A stretch of DNA of 63,818 nucleotides, filler included, from Octopus bimaculoides (GCF_001194135.2; 6 parts of 5 records of this genome joined end to end with filler, not necessarily neighbours in it); one strand, 5' to 3'. Numbered from the whole stretch's first letter, positions 1 through 12,959 are shown. The notes: generated from the sequence alone by a model not told the origin. Program-made: numbers and translations.

Positions 1-321
1 GTATATATATATATGTATATATATATATATGTATGTATATATATATGTATATATATATATGTATGTATATATATATGTATATATATATGTATATATATAT
101 ATGTATGTATATATATATGTATATATATATGTATGTATATATATATGTATATATATATGTATGTATATATATATGTATATATATATATGTATGTATGTAT
201 ATATATATGTATGTATATATATATATATATGTATGTATATATATATGTGTATATATATATGTATATATATATATGTGTATATATATATATGTATATATAT
301 ATGTATGTATGTATGTATGCA
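1..321. repeat. Compound (TA)n/(TATG)n microsatellite
   Basis: Direct reading of the sequence; it produces the spurious MYIY ORFs. Confidence 0.98.
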
Positions 322-1633
322 TGTTAGTCTGTATGTGTTAGTGTCTTTGTGTTTTTTCTGCCACCACTAGATTACTAATGTTTGTTTTTATATCTCAATA
401 TCGTTAAATGAGACTGGTAGAATACGTACTAGACTTTAAAACAAAGCACAATTCGGTGTCTGGTTTTAATAACACTACCTGATCTTTAAATGTCTTTAAC
501 GTAGTCTATTCAGTTGCAAGCTTCTGGGCAGTGTCTCTAGTTTATAAATATTTCTTCTTGCCAGTTGCGAGAAACCGCAAAGCCACCATGACCACTTCCT
601 TCCTTTGATTTGGCTAATATAAAAGCGTTTATGAATAGACTGACAACATATATGCGAAAGATAGAAAACAGAAATTAAATAAGAATAAAAAAAGGATTTT
701 CTTGTACATTTCTATAAACCGGAGACTAAATCAAACATATACTAATTGGTCACATCTATTAATATGTATTGTTTTCAGCAATATATTATAACTGTGGCTA
801 TAATTTGTTATGCTAATAAGAAACGAACTGGAAATTGTTGTAGTTAACTAAATTTCTTTTCCTTTGACAAATATTATCCGCTTGCTTGCAAGAATTTAGA
901 ATTTAGCACATATGTGTTTCAGAAAATGGAATAAAACAAACATGAATTTAACTATATTAATTAACACACAAGATTTCACCAGTGATTCACTAACAGCTAA
1001 CTGGATTAAACTGCTGTGAAGGGAAAACTTTATTTACTTTCTGAGATGTAGAAGTTTCATTTCTATAGCTTGCGAATGATATACTCACATATTTACGTTA
1101 AAAAGAGTAACAAACGTGTTTACATTGTCGCTAAAGAAAAAAAAACCGGAAAAAAAAACCGAATAGGCTTGTATTTGAAGATGATTAAAGAGAAAATTAT
1201 GTTATTGTAAATACAAAATATTTTCGAACCTCTGTTATGTATCCGGAAGACATGGGTGGATGATAGCCATTATGATGTTGAATTGTTTCAGACCACAAAT
1301 CAATTTATCTTTCCAAACTCAAAATTTGCGCATGGGAGAAAAATTACTTTCATCCTTCAAATGTTTGATAAAATACAGTACTGATCAAAAACTGGAGGTC
1401 ATCGTTTCAACTAACTTCCTCCTTAGTCACACGAAACAGAACTTTCTGGCCCTGTGCTTCATTCAGAAACAATTAAGGGCACCTGATTACCAGATTAGCG
1501 CCGGATAAAATGCATAATGGAATTTGTTCTCGGTCCAAATTTCGCTGAAGTCAGCTTTAACTTTCATCATTACGTGGTCCGTAAAATAGAAAGTAGCATC
1601 GTCAGAGATGTGAATTCGATATTCTATTTTTAG

Positions 1634-1850
1634 GTAAAAAGCGACGAGCTAGCAGAAACGTTAGCACGCCGGTTGAAATGCTTGGCGGTATTTCGTCCGT
1701 CTTTACGTTCTGAATTCAAATTCCGCCGAGGTCATCTTTGCTTTTTATCCTTTCGGAGTCGATAAATTAAGTAGCAGTTGCGTACTAAGATCGATCTAAT
1801 GGACTTCCCTCCCCCCATAAATTTCGGACCTTGTGCCTAGAGTAGAAAAG
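1634..1850 (+). mobile_element. tRNA-type SINE, family A (octopus-type), full length with 13-bp TSD
   Basis: Head GCGACGAGCTAGCAGAAACGTTAGC, B-box-like GAATTCAAATTCC, core GCCGAGGTCATCTTTGCTTTTTATCCTTTCGGAGTCGATAAA. ATTCTATTTTTAG is present at 1621-1633 and 1851-1863. Homologous copies occur elsewhere in the window. Confidence 0.9.
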
Positions 1851-2041
1851 ATTCTATTTTTAGATAAGAGAACAACAAATTCAATCGATCCGTCTTCTCT
1901 CAAGACTGGTAGTGTTGTGTCTGAATTACAATCAGTCATTTAATATACGTGTGTATTTATATATATATATATATATATATCGTCAGTAAATCATAAATCC
2001 GAAAGAGTAGCGCATTCTAAGTTACAGAGCAGTTGAATAAT

Positions 2042-2222
2042 TAGGTAAAGATAGTTCTGGTCGGTCTATGGGGTTACCCTGAATTTCACGTCCATAATGT
2101 GCTTAGCTTTAAGGCGTTTCTTCTGGCTCTAATCTGGGTCTGAAGAACGGCGCAAAGCTAAGCGCGTTATGGATGTGAAACCCAAGGTAATCCCATAGAC
2201 CGGCCCTAACTATTTTTATCTA
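2042..2222. mobile_element. Palindromic MITE-like hairpin element (~180 bp)
   Basis: Left arm TAGGTAAAGATAGTTCTGGTCGGTCTATGGG...CTTAGCTTT is an imperfect reverse complement of right arm AAAGCTAAG...CCCATAGACCGGCCCTAACTATTTTTATCTA; the central loop is very short. Confidence 0.75.
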
Positions 2223-2624
2223 ATANNNNNNNNNNNNNNNNNNNNNNNNNNNNNNNNNNNNNNNNNNNNNNNNNNNNNNNNNNNNNNNNNNNNNNNNNNN
2301 NNNNNNNNNNNNNNNNNNNNNNNNNNNNNNNNNNNNNNNNNNNNNNNNNNNNNNNNNNNNNNNNNNNNNNNNNNNNNNNNNNNNNNNNNNNNNNNNNNNN
2401 NNNNNNNNNNNNNNNNNNNNNNNNNNNNNNNNNNNNNNNNNNNNNNNNNNNNNNNNNNNNNNNNNNNNNNNNNNNNNNNNNNNNNNNNNNNNNNNNNNNN
2501 NNNNNNNNNNNNNNNNNNNNNNNNNNNNNNNNNNNNNNNNNNNNNNNNNNNNNNNNNNNNNNNNNNNNNNNNNNNNNNNNNNNNNNNNNNNNNNNNNNNN
2601 NNNNNNNNNNNNNNNNNNNNTATA

Positions 2625-2661
<37 letters not shown>

Positions 2662-2679
2662 GTAGAGAGAGAGAGAGAA

Positions 2680-2727
<48 letters not shown>

Positions 2728-3518
2728 CGATATGAATGAACATAATCATGCAATATTGTTTCAATACTATTAAGCTTATTGTTCCTATTTCATGAACATA
2801 GCTTGATGGATGATTGCATTAAGAAAAAGAATACTTAGAAAATCTATTATTGATACAGACCATTCAGAAATATGCTATTATTTTCAAGTGGTTTTTTAAA
2901 AGTGATATTTGAAGTCTGTCTGCAATTAAAATACCTATTATTCTTGAGGCATTAAATCTGTTGCTTATTTTTTTACTCTATCATTTATAAGAGATATTCA
3001 TTGAGAACTGATGAAGATGCCTTACTGTAAAACTGGAAAATATTTACTATATATATTTACTTTAAATTGCAAAACTGCAAAATCGAAATACGTTAGTAGA
3101 ATAGATTATATAGGAAGCTGCAAATTACCTAAGGCTTCAATTCAAATCGCCTACAAGCTTTTCTTTCTACTCTATACGACAACCATTAGTTTGAATTCGA
3201 CTAAGTTCATAATTATAGTGGGTTGTCAGTAACCTGCACCATGCCAGAGTAGATACGCAGCAAATACCGTTTGCTTTTATCCATTTACTGAGTCCAAAAC
3301 TAATTGGCGCTCTGTTTGACATTCATCCCTGAGGAATTAGTAAAGATATACATGCCTTTCCCTTGGTGAGGATGTAGAGGCACCATCATTACATACGGTG
3401 TGTCTTGGGCACTTTAACCCTGCCGGAGACCATCTGTCTCTAGACTTGACTGCAGTCGATTTCCTTCAGAGCAAAATCAGAAGGAAAAAAATAGAATGAG
3501 AGAGGGGGGGGTTGAAAG

Positions 3519-3662
3519 AGGACTGGCACTTTATTTTTCGACCCCGAAAGGGTAAAAAGTGAAACTAATCTCAGTAGGATTTGAACACAGCACATATAGA
3601 GCCAGAACAATTATCACAAGGCAATATATCCAATGCTTTAAAGACTCCACCAGTCAGCCGCA
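3519..3662 (-). mobile_element. Degenerate SINE family A copy
   Basis: ACTGGCACTTTATTTTTCGACCCCGAAAGGGTAAAAAGT is the reverse complement of the family A core. Confidence 0.6.
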
Positions 3663-4580
3663 TTAATCTTATTGGAGGATCGATTGAATTTGTTATCTTC
3701 TCTTACCTCAAAATAAAATATTACGTTCATATCTCCGATGATGCTACTTTTACGCTTATAAATATCCTAGACACCCCACACATTGGTATGAGGATGCTCA
3801 CCACTATACTCCAACATCTGACTCAGAGGCGTGATTGTTCTACTGTAACTGCAATAGTCTCTGCTCATCGGATTCTGATGGTCCTGTTATCGTCATTGAA
3901 GTCACCTGAATTCATTTGTTTCTGCTTCTTTTGTTACTCATATTGTATGCATCATAACACTACCACAACCACCACTACTCAAGCGTCCTACTAACCATCT
4001 TCTCATGCATTTCCTTTCAGCAAACTTGTTATATCATTGACGTCCTCGTGAAATAACTTATCGACCTCCATGTAAATTTCAAAAATAAAATTAAAAGGTA
4101 TAATTAATAAAAATGTTCTTCATTTCAAAATAATTCTTTCGTTCTGTTCTGATATTATTGCATTTTAAAATGAAATCTAATGAAATTACTTAACGAAATT
4201 GATAAAGAACAATAAAATTTCGCTCATATATTTCCTTGATATGGTTGGAATATTTAATAAAGAATATGCTTGACGATTACCAATTATTGCATTGGTATTT
4301 GGCAGGAAATTAGTGAGTTTTAGACTTAAATTATCGTCCTCTTCTAGATTCAGTTCACGACTAATATCACCAGCCCTATTGTTCAAAATTGTTTCCGATG
4401 TTTATCGACTCCTTGGATAACCAAACAGACCCACAAGGTTAAAAAATGATCTTATTGTCAACCCCTTTTCCAGAACGTCGCTCCATTGAAATTCATCCGC
4501 AGCCCATAATTATTGTTAAAGCTACTAATTTGCTGTGTTACAAAAACTTAAAACATAAAACTGAAGAACGAATATCTTAC

Positions 4581-4646
4581 ATATTAACCCCCACGGTTGC
4601 AAGTCTCTTGAACTCCATGAGAACAACACTTAACTGTAGATCAAAC
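4581..4646 (-). CDS. Candidate 66-nt internal exon (phase 2-2), peptide FDLQLSVVLMEFKRLATVGVN, host gene unknown
   Basis: Minus strand reads TTTTTTTTGTTTTGTTTTACTCCAAAG|GTTTGAT...GTTAATAT|GTAAGA. Length is a multiple of 3 and only one frame is open. No homology recognised. Confidence 0.35.
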
Positions 4647-5031
4647 CTTTGGAGTAAAACAAAACAAAAAAAAACTGTTAATACGTTAAAGTAACAACAA
4701 AAAATTCGCCTAAGACTTTCCACACCTAAAAGCCAGATTTTCCAACACATATCAACAAGAATAAAGTTCACCATTAATTGCACGAACAAGACAATGGAAT
4801 ATTTGTTATGTTTCGAGCGCAATGAATTATATATGAGTGTAATTGCCGTGTTGACCCGGATTCTGTGTTGAGTATTAGATGTGTTACTGGGAAACTCATG
4901 AAATTACTTAGCTTGATAATAATGTAAATAAGGAATTTATAAGTGGTAAATTTGTTATTTCTTGAAAACACGCGCCCTACTTATGTAAATATGTACATAC
5001 ATATGTATATATCTATTTATTTATCTATCTT

Positions 5032-5079
<48 letters not shown>

Positions 5080-5539
5080 CCTATCTATCTATTTGTCTGA
5101 CTGTCCGTCTGTACGTATGTATATTATGTGTGTGATACATAACGATATTTTGTCTCCAGAGTTTCGCAATTTATTTAATTATCAAGTTTTAGATACATTT
5201 ATAATGACAATTTAGTTGATTGTCAAGAGTTATTTATAATTTGTATGGATTTCTTTGTTTAGTGAAACATTACTATTTTTGTTTTATACTCACTTGTTTT
5301 CTTTTCTAAATTTTTTGCGTTTAATTCGTATTTGATTGTTGGGATTGACAAATCAAATGTTGTACCAATTATTAAACAGATTTATCTTTCTTGAATGCAT
5401 TTTGCTTTTGGCAGAGTAAATTCGTCAGATAACATTAAGAATAACATTCTGAGTTAATATTTAATAGCAGATGTATTCTATTTATCAAAACATTCTATAT
5501 TTTATCAGAACACGCACACACGCACGCACGCACACACGT

Positions 5540-5587
<48 letters not shown>

Positions 5588-5736
5588 GCACAAAACATTC
5601 AAATACGCACAGATACACACATAGGAGAATGTAGTTTTAAATTATGCATTTATAACATCTTTACACGAGTTTTAGCGCAATAGAACATATGACTAAATCA
5701 AAAGTTACATATCGTGTACTGTAAAAGACACACTAT

Positions 5737-5740
<4 letters not shown>

Positions 5741-5774
<34 letters not shown>

Positions 5775-5998
5775 CTCTCTCTCTCTCTCTCTCTTTCTTT
5801 CTCTCTCCTCTCTCTCTCTCGCTATCTCTTTCTTTCTCTCTCTCTTTCTTTCTCTCTTTCTCTCTTTCTTTCTCTCTCTCTCTCTTTCTGTTTATATATA
5901 TAAACATACATAACATACATATAAATATAGATAGACAGACAGGCAGATAAATAGAAAGATAGATAAATAGATAGATAGATAGATAGATGTATGTATGC

Positions 5999-6047
<49 letters not shown>

Positions 6048-6140
6048 CACACATGCATATGTATGTATGTATGTATGTATGTGTGAGTGTGTGTGTGTGT
6101 ATGTATGTATGTATGTATGTATGTATGTATGTATGTATGT
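5741..6140. repeat. Compound microsatellite (CT)n, (GATA)n, (TA)n, (TATG)n, (TG)n
   Basis: Direct reading of the sequence. Confidence 0.97.
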
Positions 6141-6444
6141 ATTCGCTATGTTGAATTGCTGAATACGCTTTGGGTGACTGTCAACGGCAGATAAACCATT
6201 TTCTTCCTTAAAATTATAATATATTTGTAAATGGTTAATATTCTTTTCAAGCATAGTTGCTTGGCATACAAAATGAAAAACTAAAGTTAAAGGCATAGAA
6301 TAGTATATTGCGAGATCATGGGTCATTCTTGTGAAAGCACGCACTGTGCTGATAACTTTTGACAGTTTATATAATCGATCGAAGTTCTCTCTTGCATCAA
6401 ATAAAGAACAATAATTTGAGAATATTTCGCTTCAAGCGTTGCTG

Positions 6445-6622
6445 TATTTGCTCCTATTGTTCATGTTCTTAGTTCGATTCTCGCCGAGGTCACCGTTGCC
6501 TTTTAATTCTTTTTTGCTGTCGATAAAGTAAACTAACGGTCAAGTCCTGGAATAGTTGGAATCGACAATACCAACCCTCTTCCATCTAAATTGCTTGCCT
6601 TGTGTCTTAATTAGAAAATATT
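6445..6622 (+). mobile_element. Degenerate SINE family A copy
   Basis: GTTCGATTCTCGCCGAGGTCACCGTTGCCTTTTAATTC...GTCGATAAAG...CCTTGTGTC matches 1700-1850. Confidence 0.65.
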
Positions 6623-7227
6623 ACATAGGCAGTTGTATCCACTATATCAGTTATTTTAAAGCAGCAAGATATTTCTCAGAAATGATTTGTTGAATTTTTA
6701 CTATCGTAAATGATTTCAACAAAAGTTCATTAGTCGGGTTTGTCTACAGAAGCCTAGTGGGGTGTGGCGGTAGTGCTAGTGGTGGCGGTGATAGTAGTGG
6801 TGGTAGTGATGATGACGATGATGATGATGTTGTTACTGGTGGAATTTGTTTTGATGGTGATGGTGCCGACGACAATGACGGTGATGACAATAAGGAGGAT
6901 ATGAACGAGAAGAACCGCAAGAACAAAATGAAGGTTGCTAACCATTTAAGTAGTGAGAGAGAAAGGGAGACAGAGTATGTGAGTTAGTGTAGGTGGGAGT
7001 GTGTGTGTGTGTGTGTTTGTTTGGCTGTGATAATCGGTTAAATATTTGACAAGATAACGTTTGGTCTTTAATTTAAAACTAATCAAGTCACAACTGATTT
7101 CTTATTTATCTTTAATTTAGAATGGCTGAAACGCTATTAACAGTTCATTCCACTTGGGGATTTTCATATCCAAATATGTTCGAATTGATTCACACTAATT
7201 TTCGCTTATGTATATGTACTCCTATTG

Positions 7228-7271
<44 letters not shown>

Positions 7272-7350
7272 AGGTAGAAAAGTAACACTCGAGTTGATAT
7301 GTATAAGAAAAATAAGACAAGGTAGGAAATGCTAAAATAATGTAATCATG

Positions 7351-7405
7351 AAGTACACTTTAGTACCGGTTTCCGTCCTTTAGACTTTTTCAACTAAGAG
7401 TAAAA
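7351..7405 (-). ncRNA. Minimal type I hammerhead-like motif with U3:A8 core variant (Penelope-type terminal repeat remnant)
   Basis: Minus strand reads ACTCTTAG-TTGAAAA-A-GTCT-AAA-GGAC-G-GAAA-CCGG-TA-CTAAAGT. Stem I TAG/CTA (extendable), stem II GTCT/GGAC, palindromic ACCGGT in place of helix III. Confidence 0.5.
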
Positions 7406-7504
7406 TAAGAAAAACAATTAACTTGAAGAAACAAATTCAACGAAATGTTTTGAAAATATTTCCATATTCTTCAAATAGTCTGTATCTCTCTGTCTTCCTT
7501 TGTG

Positions 7505-7650
7505 AATGCTTGGTTGGTTGGTTGGTTGGCTGGTTGGTAGGTAGGTAGGTAGGTAGGTAGGTAGGTAGTAGTAAATCTGAGGGAATAGTTTTATGAGTAC
7601 AGAGAATTGATGGTTTGAGCAGGAGCAGTCGAGGGAGAAGAAGAAGAAGA

Positions 7651-7694
<44 letters not shown>

Positions 7695-7695
7695 G
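7505..7695. repeat. Compound microsatellite (GGTT)n(GGTA)n ... (GAA)n(GTA)n
   Basis: Direct reading of the sequence. Confidence 0.95.
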
Positions 7696-8162
7696 GAAAG
7701 AAGACGAGGGAGAAAGAAAAGAACAGAAAAGAAAGGAAAAGAAAAATACAGGAGTGCTGTGACACAGTAGATTGTTCATGGCATCTTCTTTAACGGTCAA
7801 TTGACCTAAAAGTGACCTGTTGTGGTCGTAGCAGTAGCGGTTGGAATTGTTCTAAATTCTTTTAATAGTTTCATCTGTGGTGGAAGCATTCAAAATATGT
7901 TTATATTTTGCGGTATATTATGCTTCTTTGATAAAGCGCTGATTATAGGTTGCATTGTCCCTGAGTTTATAGAAGGGGAAAAATTCTAAAGTTGGATTGT
8001 TCGTTAGTGGAGCAAATATCGATGTGCTCGCTTAATTTTACCGGTGAGTGTCGTAAATTATAAGTCACTAAAAGAGAATGAGTCTCCACAGACACAGCAG
8101 TATATACATATGTATATAAATATATATGTACATATTCATATATACACATATATGTATCTATA

Positions 8163-8194
<32 letters not shown>

Positions 8195-8264
8195 NNNNNN
8201 NNNNTGATATAAATATATGTATGTACATATATATGATATAGATATGTATGTGTATATAGATACT

Positions 8265-8315
<51 letters not shown>

Positions 8316-9107
8316 ATGCGTGTGTGTGTGAGTGTGTGCGGGAGCGTGTCGTTCAACGCCAGAAGCTGCAGTTTTTCTTACGGAAGACTCCATTTAAAGA
8401 CATGTAGAATTAATAGAACAATATACTTCAAAACTAGTTGAATTGAAATCACCCTTATAAGTGTTTATGAGAGCTGTATATACCGTATTTCGTTGTAGGT
8501 GCAGCATATTAATGCAGCGTACTTGCATCGATCCTGAGACGAAATCTTAATCTCTAATCTGAAGTATATGCTGATAGTGTACACACTATTTCCTGAACTA
8601 CAATAGACCCACATAAGTAAAATAAATTCAAATAAAGCGAGAGAAGTAACTTTATAATGTAAACCTTAGCACTATGTAATTAACGTACGTGTGTTGTTTC
8701 AACGCCAGAAAATGCAGTTTTTGTTCTACTGCATAACTTAAACTTATTCTACTTATACGAAGTCATTCCAAGTCCAAAAAGTAGTATACACACTATCTGT
8801 ATATACTTCAATTAAACGAATCAGAACTTATGCATGCATGCAGTATTGTTGACCTGCAAATCCGGTGAAATAGGGTGTCTGCCGCTCTCATAATCACTTT
8901 TGGATCGATTTCGCTTCGTTTGGCTTGTGGTTTTTAATGCTCTATGTCTTCCAAGGGATTTTTCCGGACAAAACCCGCAGCTTGTGGTCTTTAAACAACT
9001 GACGTTAAGTATGCTGTATTACTAATGTTTACATTACAGAGCTGCTTCTATAGTAATACGCGAGAACAAACATATCTATGTATATATGTACCCACACATA
9101 TACATAG

Positions 9108-9147
<40 letters not shown>

Positions 9148-9157
9148 NNNNNNNNNN

Positions 9158-9197
<40 letters not shown>

Positions 9198-9271
9198 CAT
9201 ATATATATATATTATTTACATTATTATTTGATTGAACGCCACGCAACCATTTCGAAGTCTACATAAACATG

Positions 9272-9326
<55 letters not shown>

Positions 9327-9439
9327 CTGTATATGCATATATATATATAATATAAATAATACATAAATATATGCATATATACATACATATATGTACATAC
9401 CTACATACATATGTATATATACATGCATGTATGGGTACA

Positions 9440-10065
9440 GAACATCAAAAAAGCGTTAAACCCAATGAGAAACAAAAACATAGAAAACGAACCTTTTTTC
9501 GAACAACGAAAAAAACCAACAGAGAAACGAGACATGCAACATAAAGAATATACCCCTTCGTCAGTTGTCCCTGTTTCATCTACTCCGCGTTTCGAAGGTA
9601 AGGACAATACGTGACTTCATTGAAACTGTCCTTCCTGCAAAGCAAATTAAAGAAAATTTGGGATTTTTTGCGGAGGTGAAAGTGTTAACTAGAAGATGAC
9701 AGTGAGAACAAGACAGTAAAAACAAACGGTGCGGGCTATTGAGCCAAGATGATAGAAAAATTATTATGAACGCTAGGAGGACGAGCCATGAGAGGAGACA
9801 GGAAAAGGCACGTCTTTTCTTTAGGGAGGAAATGGACAGATAGATACCCTTTCGTCACGTGTCGGCGACAAGAGAGTCAAGGAGGAAGAGTGAGAGAGAG
9901 AGCGGGAACGGCGAAGGTGAGAGGAGAAGAATAGGGAAAGGGTGGGAGAGAAAAACAGAAAGGATGAAGAACGAGAGAGAGAGAGACAGAGAAGAGATAA
10001 TAGAGATAGAAGAAGAATGCGCATCGTAATTATTAAGATAAAACTTACTTGGAAAAGGATGCGTG
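9440..10065 (-). mobile_element. Unclassified interspersed repeat, possibly a Penelope-like terminal region
   Basis: Non-coding block between two microsatellites. On the minus strand it carries CTTCGAAACGCG and CTGACGAAGG motifs reminiscent of hammerhead core halves, plus a pyrimidine-rich tract. Confidence 0.3.
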
Positions 10066-10779
10066 GCGTTCGATCATATAATAATATAAATAATATATAA
10101 ATATGCATATATACATACATATATATATATATATATANNNNNNNNNNNNNNNNNNNNNNNNNNNNNNNNNNNNNNNNNNNNNNNNNNNNNNNNNNNNNNN
10201 NNNNNNNNNNNNNNNNNNNNNNNNNNNNNNNNNNNNNNNNNNNNNNNNNNNNNNNNNNNNNNNNNNNNNNNNNNNNNNNNNNNNNNNNNNNNNNNNNNNN
10301 NNNNNNNNNNNNNNNNNNNNNNNNNNNNNNNNNNNNNNNNNNNNNNNNNNNNNNNNNNNNNNNNNNNNNNNNNNNNNNNNNNNNNNNNNNNNNNNNNNNN
10401 NNNNNNNNNNNNNNNNNNNNNNNNNNNNNNNNNNNNNNNNNNNNNNNNNNNNNNNNNNNNNNNNNNNNNNNNNNNNNNNNNNNNNNNNNNNNNNNNNNNN
10501 NNNNNNNNNNNNNNNNNNNNNNNNNNNNNNNNNNNNNNNNNNNNNNNNNNNNNNNNNNNNNNNNNNNNNNNNNNNNNNNNNNNNNNNNNNNNNNNNNNNN
10601 NNNNNNNNNNNNNNNNNNNNNNNNNNNNNNNNNNNNNNNNNNNNNNNNNNNNNNNNNNNNNNNNNNNNNNNNNNNNNNNNNNNNNNNNNNNNNNNNNNNN
10701 NNNNNNNNNNNNNNNNNNNNNNNNNNNNNNNNNNNNNNNNNNNNNNNNNNNNNNNNNNNNNNNNNTATATATATATATA

Positions 10780-11949
10780 CATGACAGAAGTAAATAGACA
10801 CCCTTATAATGATAAAAATTTATTTAAATCTGAAATTATGCATTCAAATTATTTATTAATTGTTATGATTTGAATATTTAATATTTAGTAGACCTTATTG
10901 GACATGTTACTGATCAGATGACGAATATTCTCTTGCGGAATTTCTTGCGAAGTTTCATGCAGTAATCTCAGAAGATCTGGCTTTTGATGATACTTTCTTG
11001 TTCTTTTTATGGAGTGTCCTGTCCATTATGCCCCAAGCGCGTTCAATAGGGTTCATATCTGGTGACTGGCTTGACCATGGAAACTTTTTAATGCCATTCT
11101 CTTCGAATAAATCTTAGGTCATTTTGGCCGTGTGACAAGGTACACCATCTTCCATAAATAGTCTTCTTTAATCATTTCACCTCTGAAGAAGATTAGAAGG
11201 AGTCCTTTCTGCAATATAGACATATATTTACCTGAGTTTATGTTTCTCTCAAACTGCATCAGCTCTGATCACTCATTACTCCAAATTGCTCTCCAGACCA
11301 TCACAGAATAGCTGCCATGTTTCATTGTTGGATCCAATGTTTTCACATAAAATACTTGATCACAGAGTTTCCAGACCCACACTCGACCAACTGTCAAAAA
11401 TTGTAGCAAATCTGAGACTCATTGGAGAATATGACAACGTCCCAAATTGCTAGTGGCCTCTCCAGCATCTCACTGACCCAATCTTTTCTCCGCTTGATAT
11501 TGGCTGGTCAAAGAAGGGTTTTCTTTCTTGCTTCTCTGCCATAGTAACCACGTTTGTGGAGATACCTGTCAGCTGTAACTGAAACCGATACCAACTTGAT
11601 CTATGTCAGAGGCCTTGCGATGAGGATTATCCTCCTGTCAGAGGGCTTCGGCGAGGTGATGTAGATTTCTTCCCATCTCTGGTGAATTGCTCAATCACTC
11701 TATTAACTGTAGAAAGCGGTATCCCAAGGTTTTCTGCAATTTTACGCTATGTCCACCATCAGATTAACCAACAGTATGGCCACTTTGAAATTCAGACAGT
11801 TCCAAGGCTTCTTTTGTACATGGTATGATTAAACAGTCACATATAAAGCTTGGAACATAGAAATGTCAATTAATAAAAAATACAAACCTTTACAAGTTAA
11901 AATAAACATAAAACGATGTTTTATGTGGTATCTATTTACTTCTGTTATG
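10780..11949 (-). mobile_element. Tc1-family DNA transposon (DD34E), TIR to TIR, decayed
   Basis: TIRs CATGACAGAAGTAAATAGACAC (10780, after TA) and its imperfect reverse complement ending 11949. Minus-strand translation gives IFSNES, FMEDGVPCHTAK and WSSQSPDMNPIERAW with 34 residues between D and E. In-frame stops are present. Confidence 0.9.
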
Positions 11950-12591
11950 TCTCCTTGTGTGTGTATATATATATGTGTGCGTGTGTCTGCGCGCGTATGT
12001 ATGTATGAATAATTAATGCTGAATGAGCAATGTTTCTTACACCAAAAATTTGCTGAATCAAAGATGTGCGTATGAAGTTGCGTATATACATACATGCACA
12101 TTGCTCCCGCTCAGATGACTGCTGTCTCTTTGAGCTTCCTTACGTGGGAAGTACAGCCTGTCAACATTTCCACTGATGTTGATTTTTATGTATGTATGTA
12201 TGTATGTATGTATGTATGTATGTATGATTGTATGATTGTATGTATGTATGTATGTATGTATGTATGCAAGCATGTACGTATGTATAAATTATGTGCAAAA
12301 TCTCAACAACATATAAATTCACGTGAATTTAGGCAACAAGGCAACATGTGTCGATATAATCATTGGAAACTCGTAAAACATTAATCTTATCTGAATAATT
12401 TTTATGCCATAAGTAATGACAATGATTACAGAAAATTGAAAAAATATTTGTGAGTAAATCGTATAAAACTGGAAATATTTGTTTTTGTGTATTACCATTA
12501 AATCTTACAGATGTTGTCTAACCCTTTGTCTCTCTTTTGCTTTATACACTATTTTAAACATCTTGTCCTTCGTCTAGTCTAATATAATAAC

Positions 12592-12605
12592 GTCTCCATG
12601 GCAAC
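12592..12605 (+). promoter_or_regulatory. RFX X-box consensus match
   Basis: GTCTCCATGGCAAC matches GTHNYY-AT-RRNAAC. Function untested. Confidence 0.3.
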
Positions 12606-12762
12606 AACGTAGAAGTAAAATTTAATTTATTGCAATATACGAAGCTTGTGTATTATCTAAAATATAGTATAAATAATAAGGCCGTTCCTAATATACGAAA
12701 AGACAATATTTCTGTAAAAGTAATCGGATTTGGCTTAACTACACGACACACTTAGAGGCTAT

Positions 12763-12948
12763 TGGTTTCAAATATTGCCACACGGCCAGTAGTTACGAGG
12801 CAGGGGGTAAGCACTGAATTGGTACTTACTTTATCGACGCCGAAAGGCAAAGACGACCTCGGCAGAATGTGAGCTCAACGTAAAGACGGACGAAATACCG
12901 TGAAGCATTTTGCCTGGCGTGTTAACGATTCTACCAGCTGGCCGCCTT
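12763..12948 (-). mobile_element. SINE family A copy
   Basis: GGTACTTACTTTATCGACGCCGAAAGGCAAAGACGACCTCGGC...GACGGACGAAATACCG...AACGATTCTACCAGCTGGCCGCC is the reverse complement of family A. Confidence 0.85.
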
Positions 12949-12959
12949 ACATGTAGAGA

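Noticed and set aside
4186-4386. 66-aa minus-strand ORF downstream of the candidate exon
   Set aside because: The nearest plausible acceptor (CCAAG at ~4412) leads into an in-frame TAA, and no motif was recognised.
6750-6978. Plus-strand open frame with TACAG acceptor and GTGAGT donor (Gly/Asp-rich)
   Set aside because: It is built from GGT/GAT low-complexity repeats that stay open by composition; no family signal.
8340-8810. Short direct repeat (TTCAACGCCAGAA..TGCAGTTTTT at ~8350 and ~8700) and a 33-bp imperfect inverted repeat (8561/8778)
   Set aside because: Too degenerate to define termini or a family; probably an old repeat fragment.
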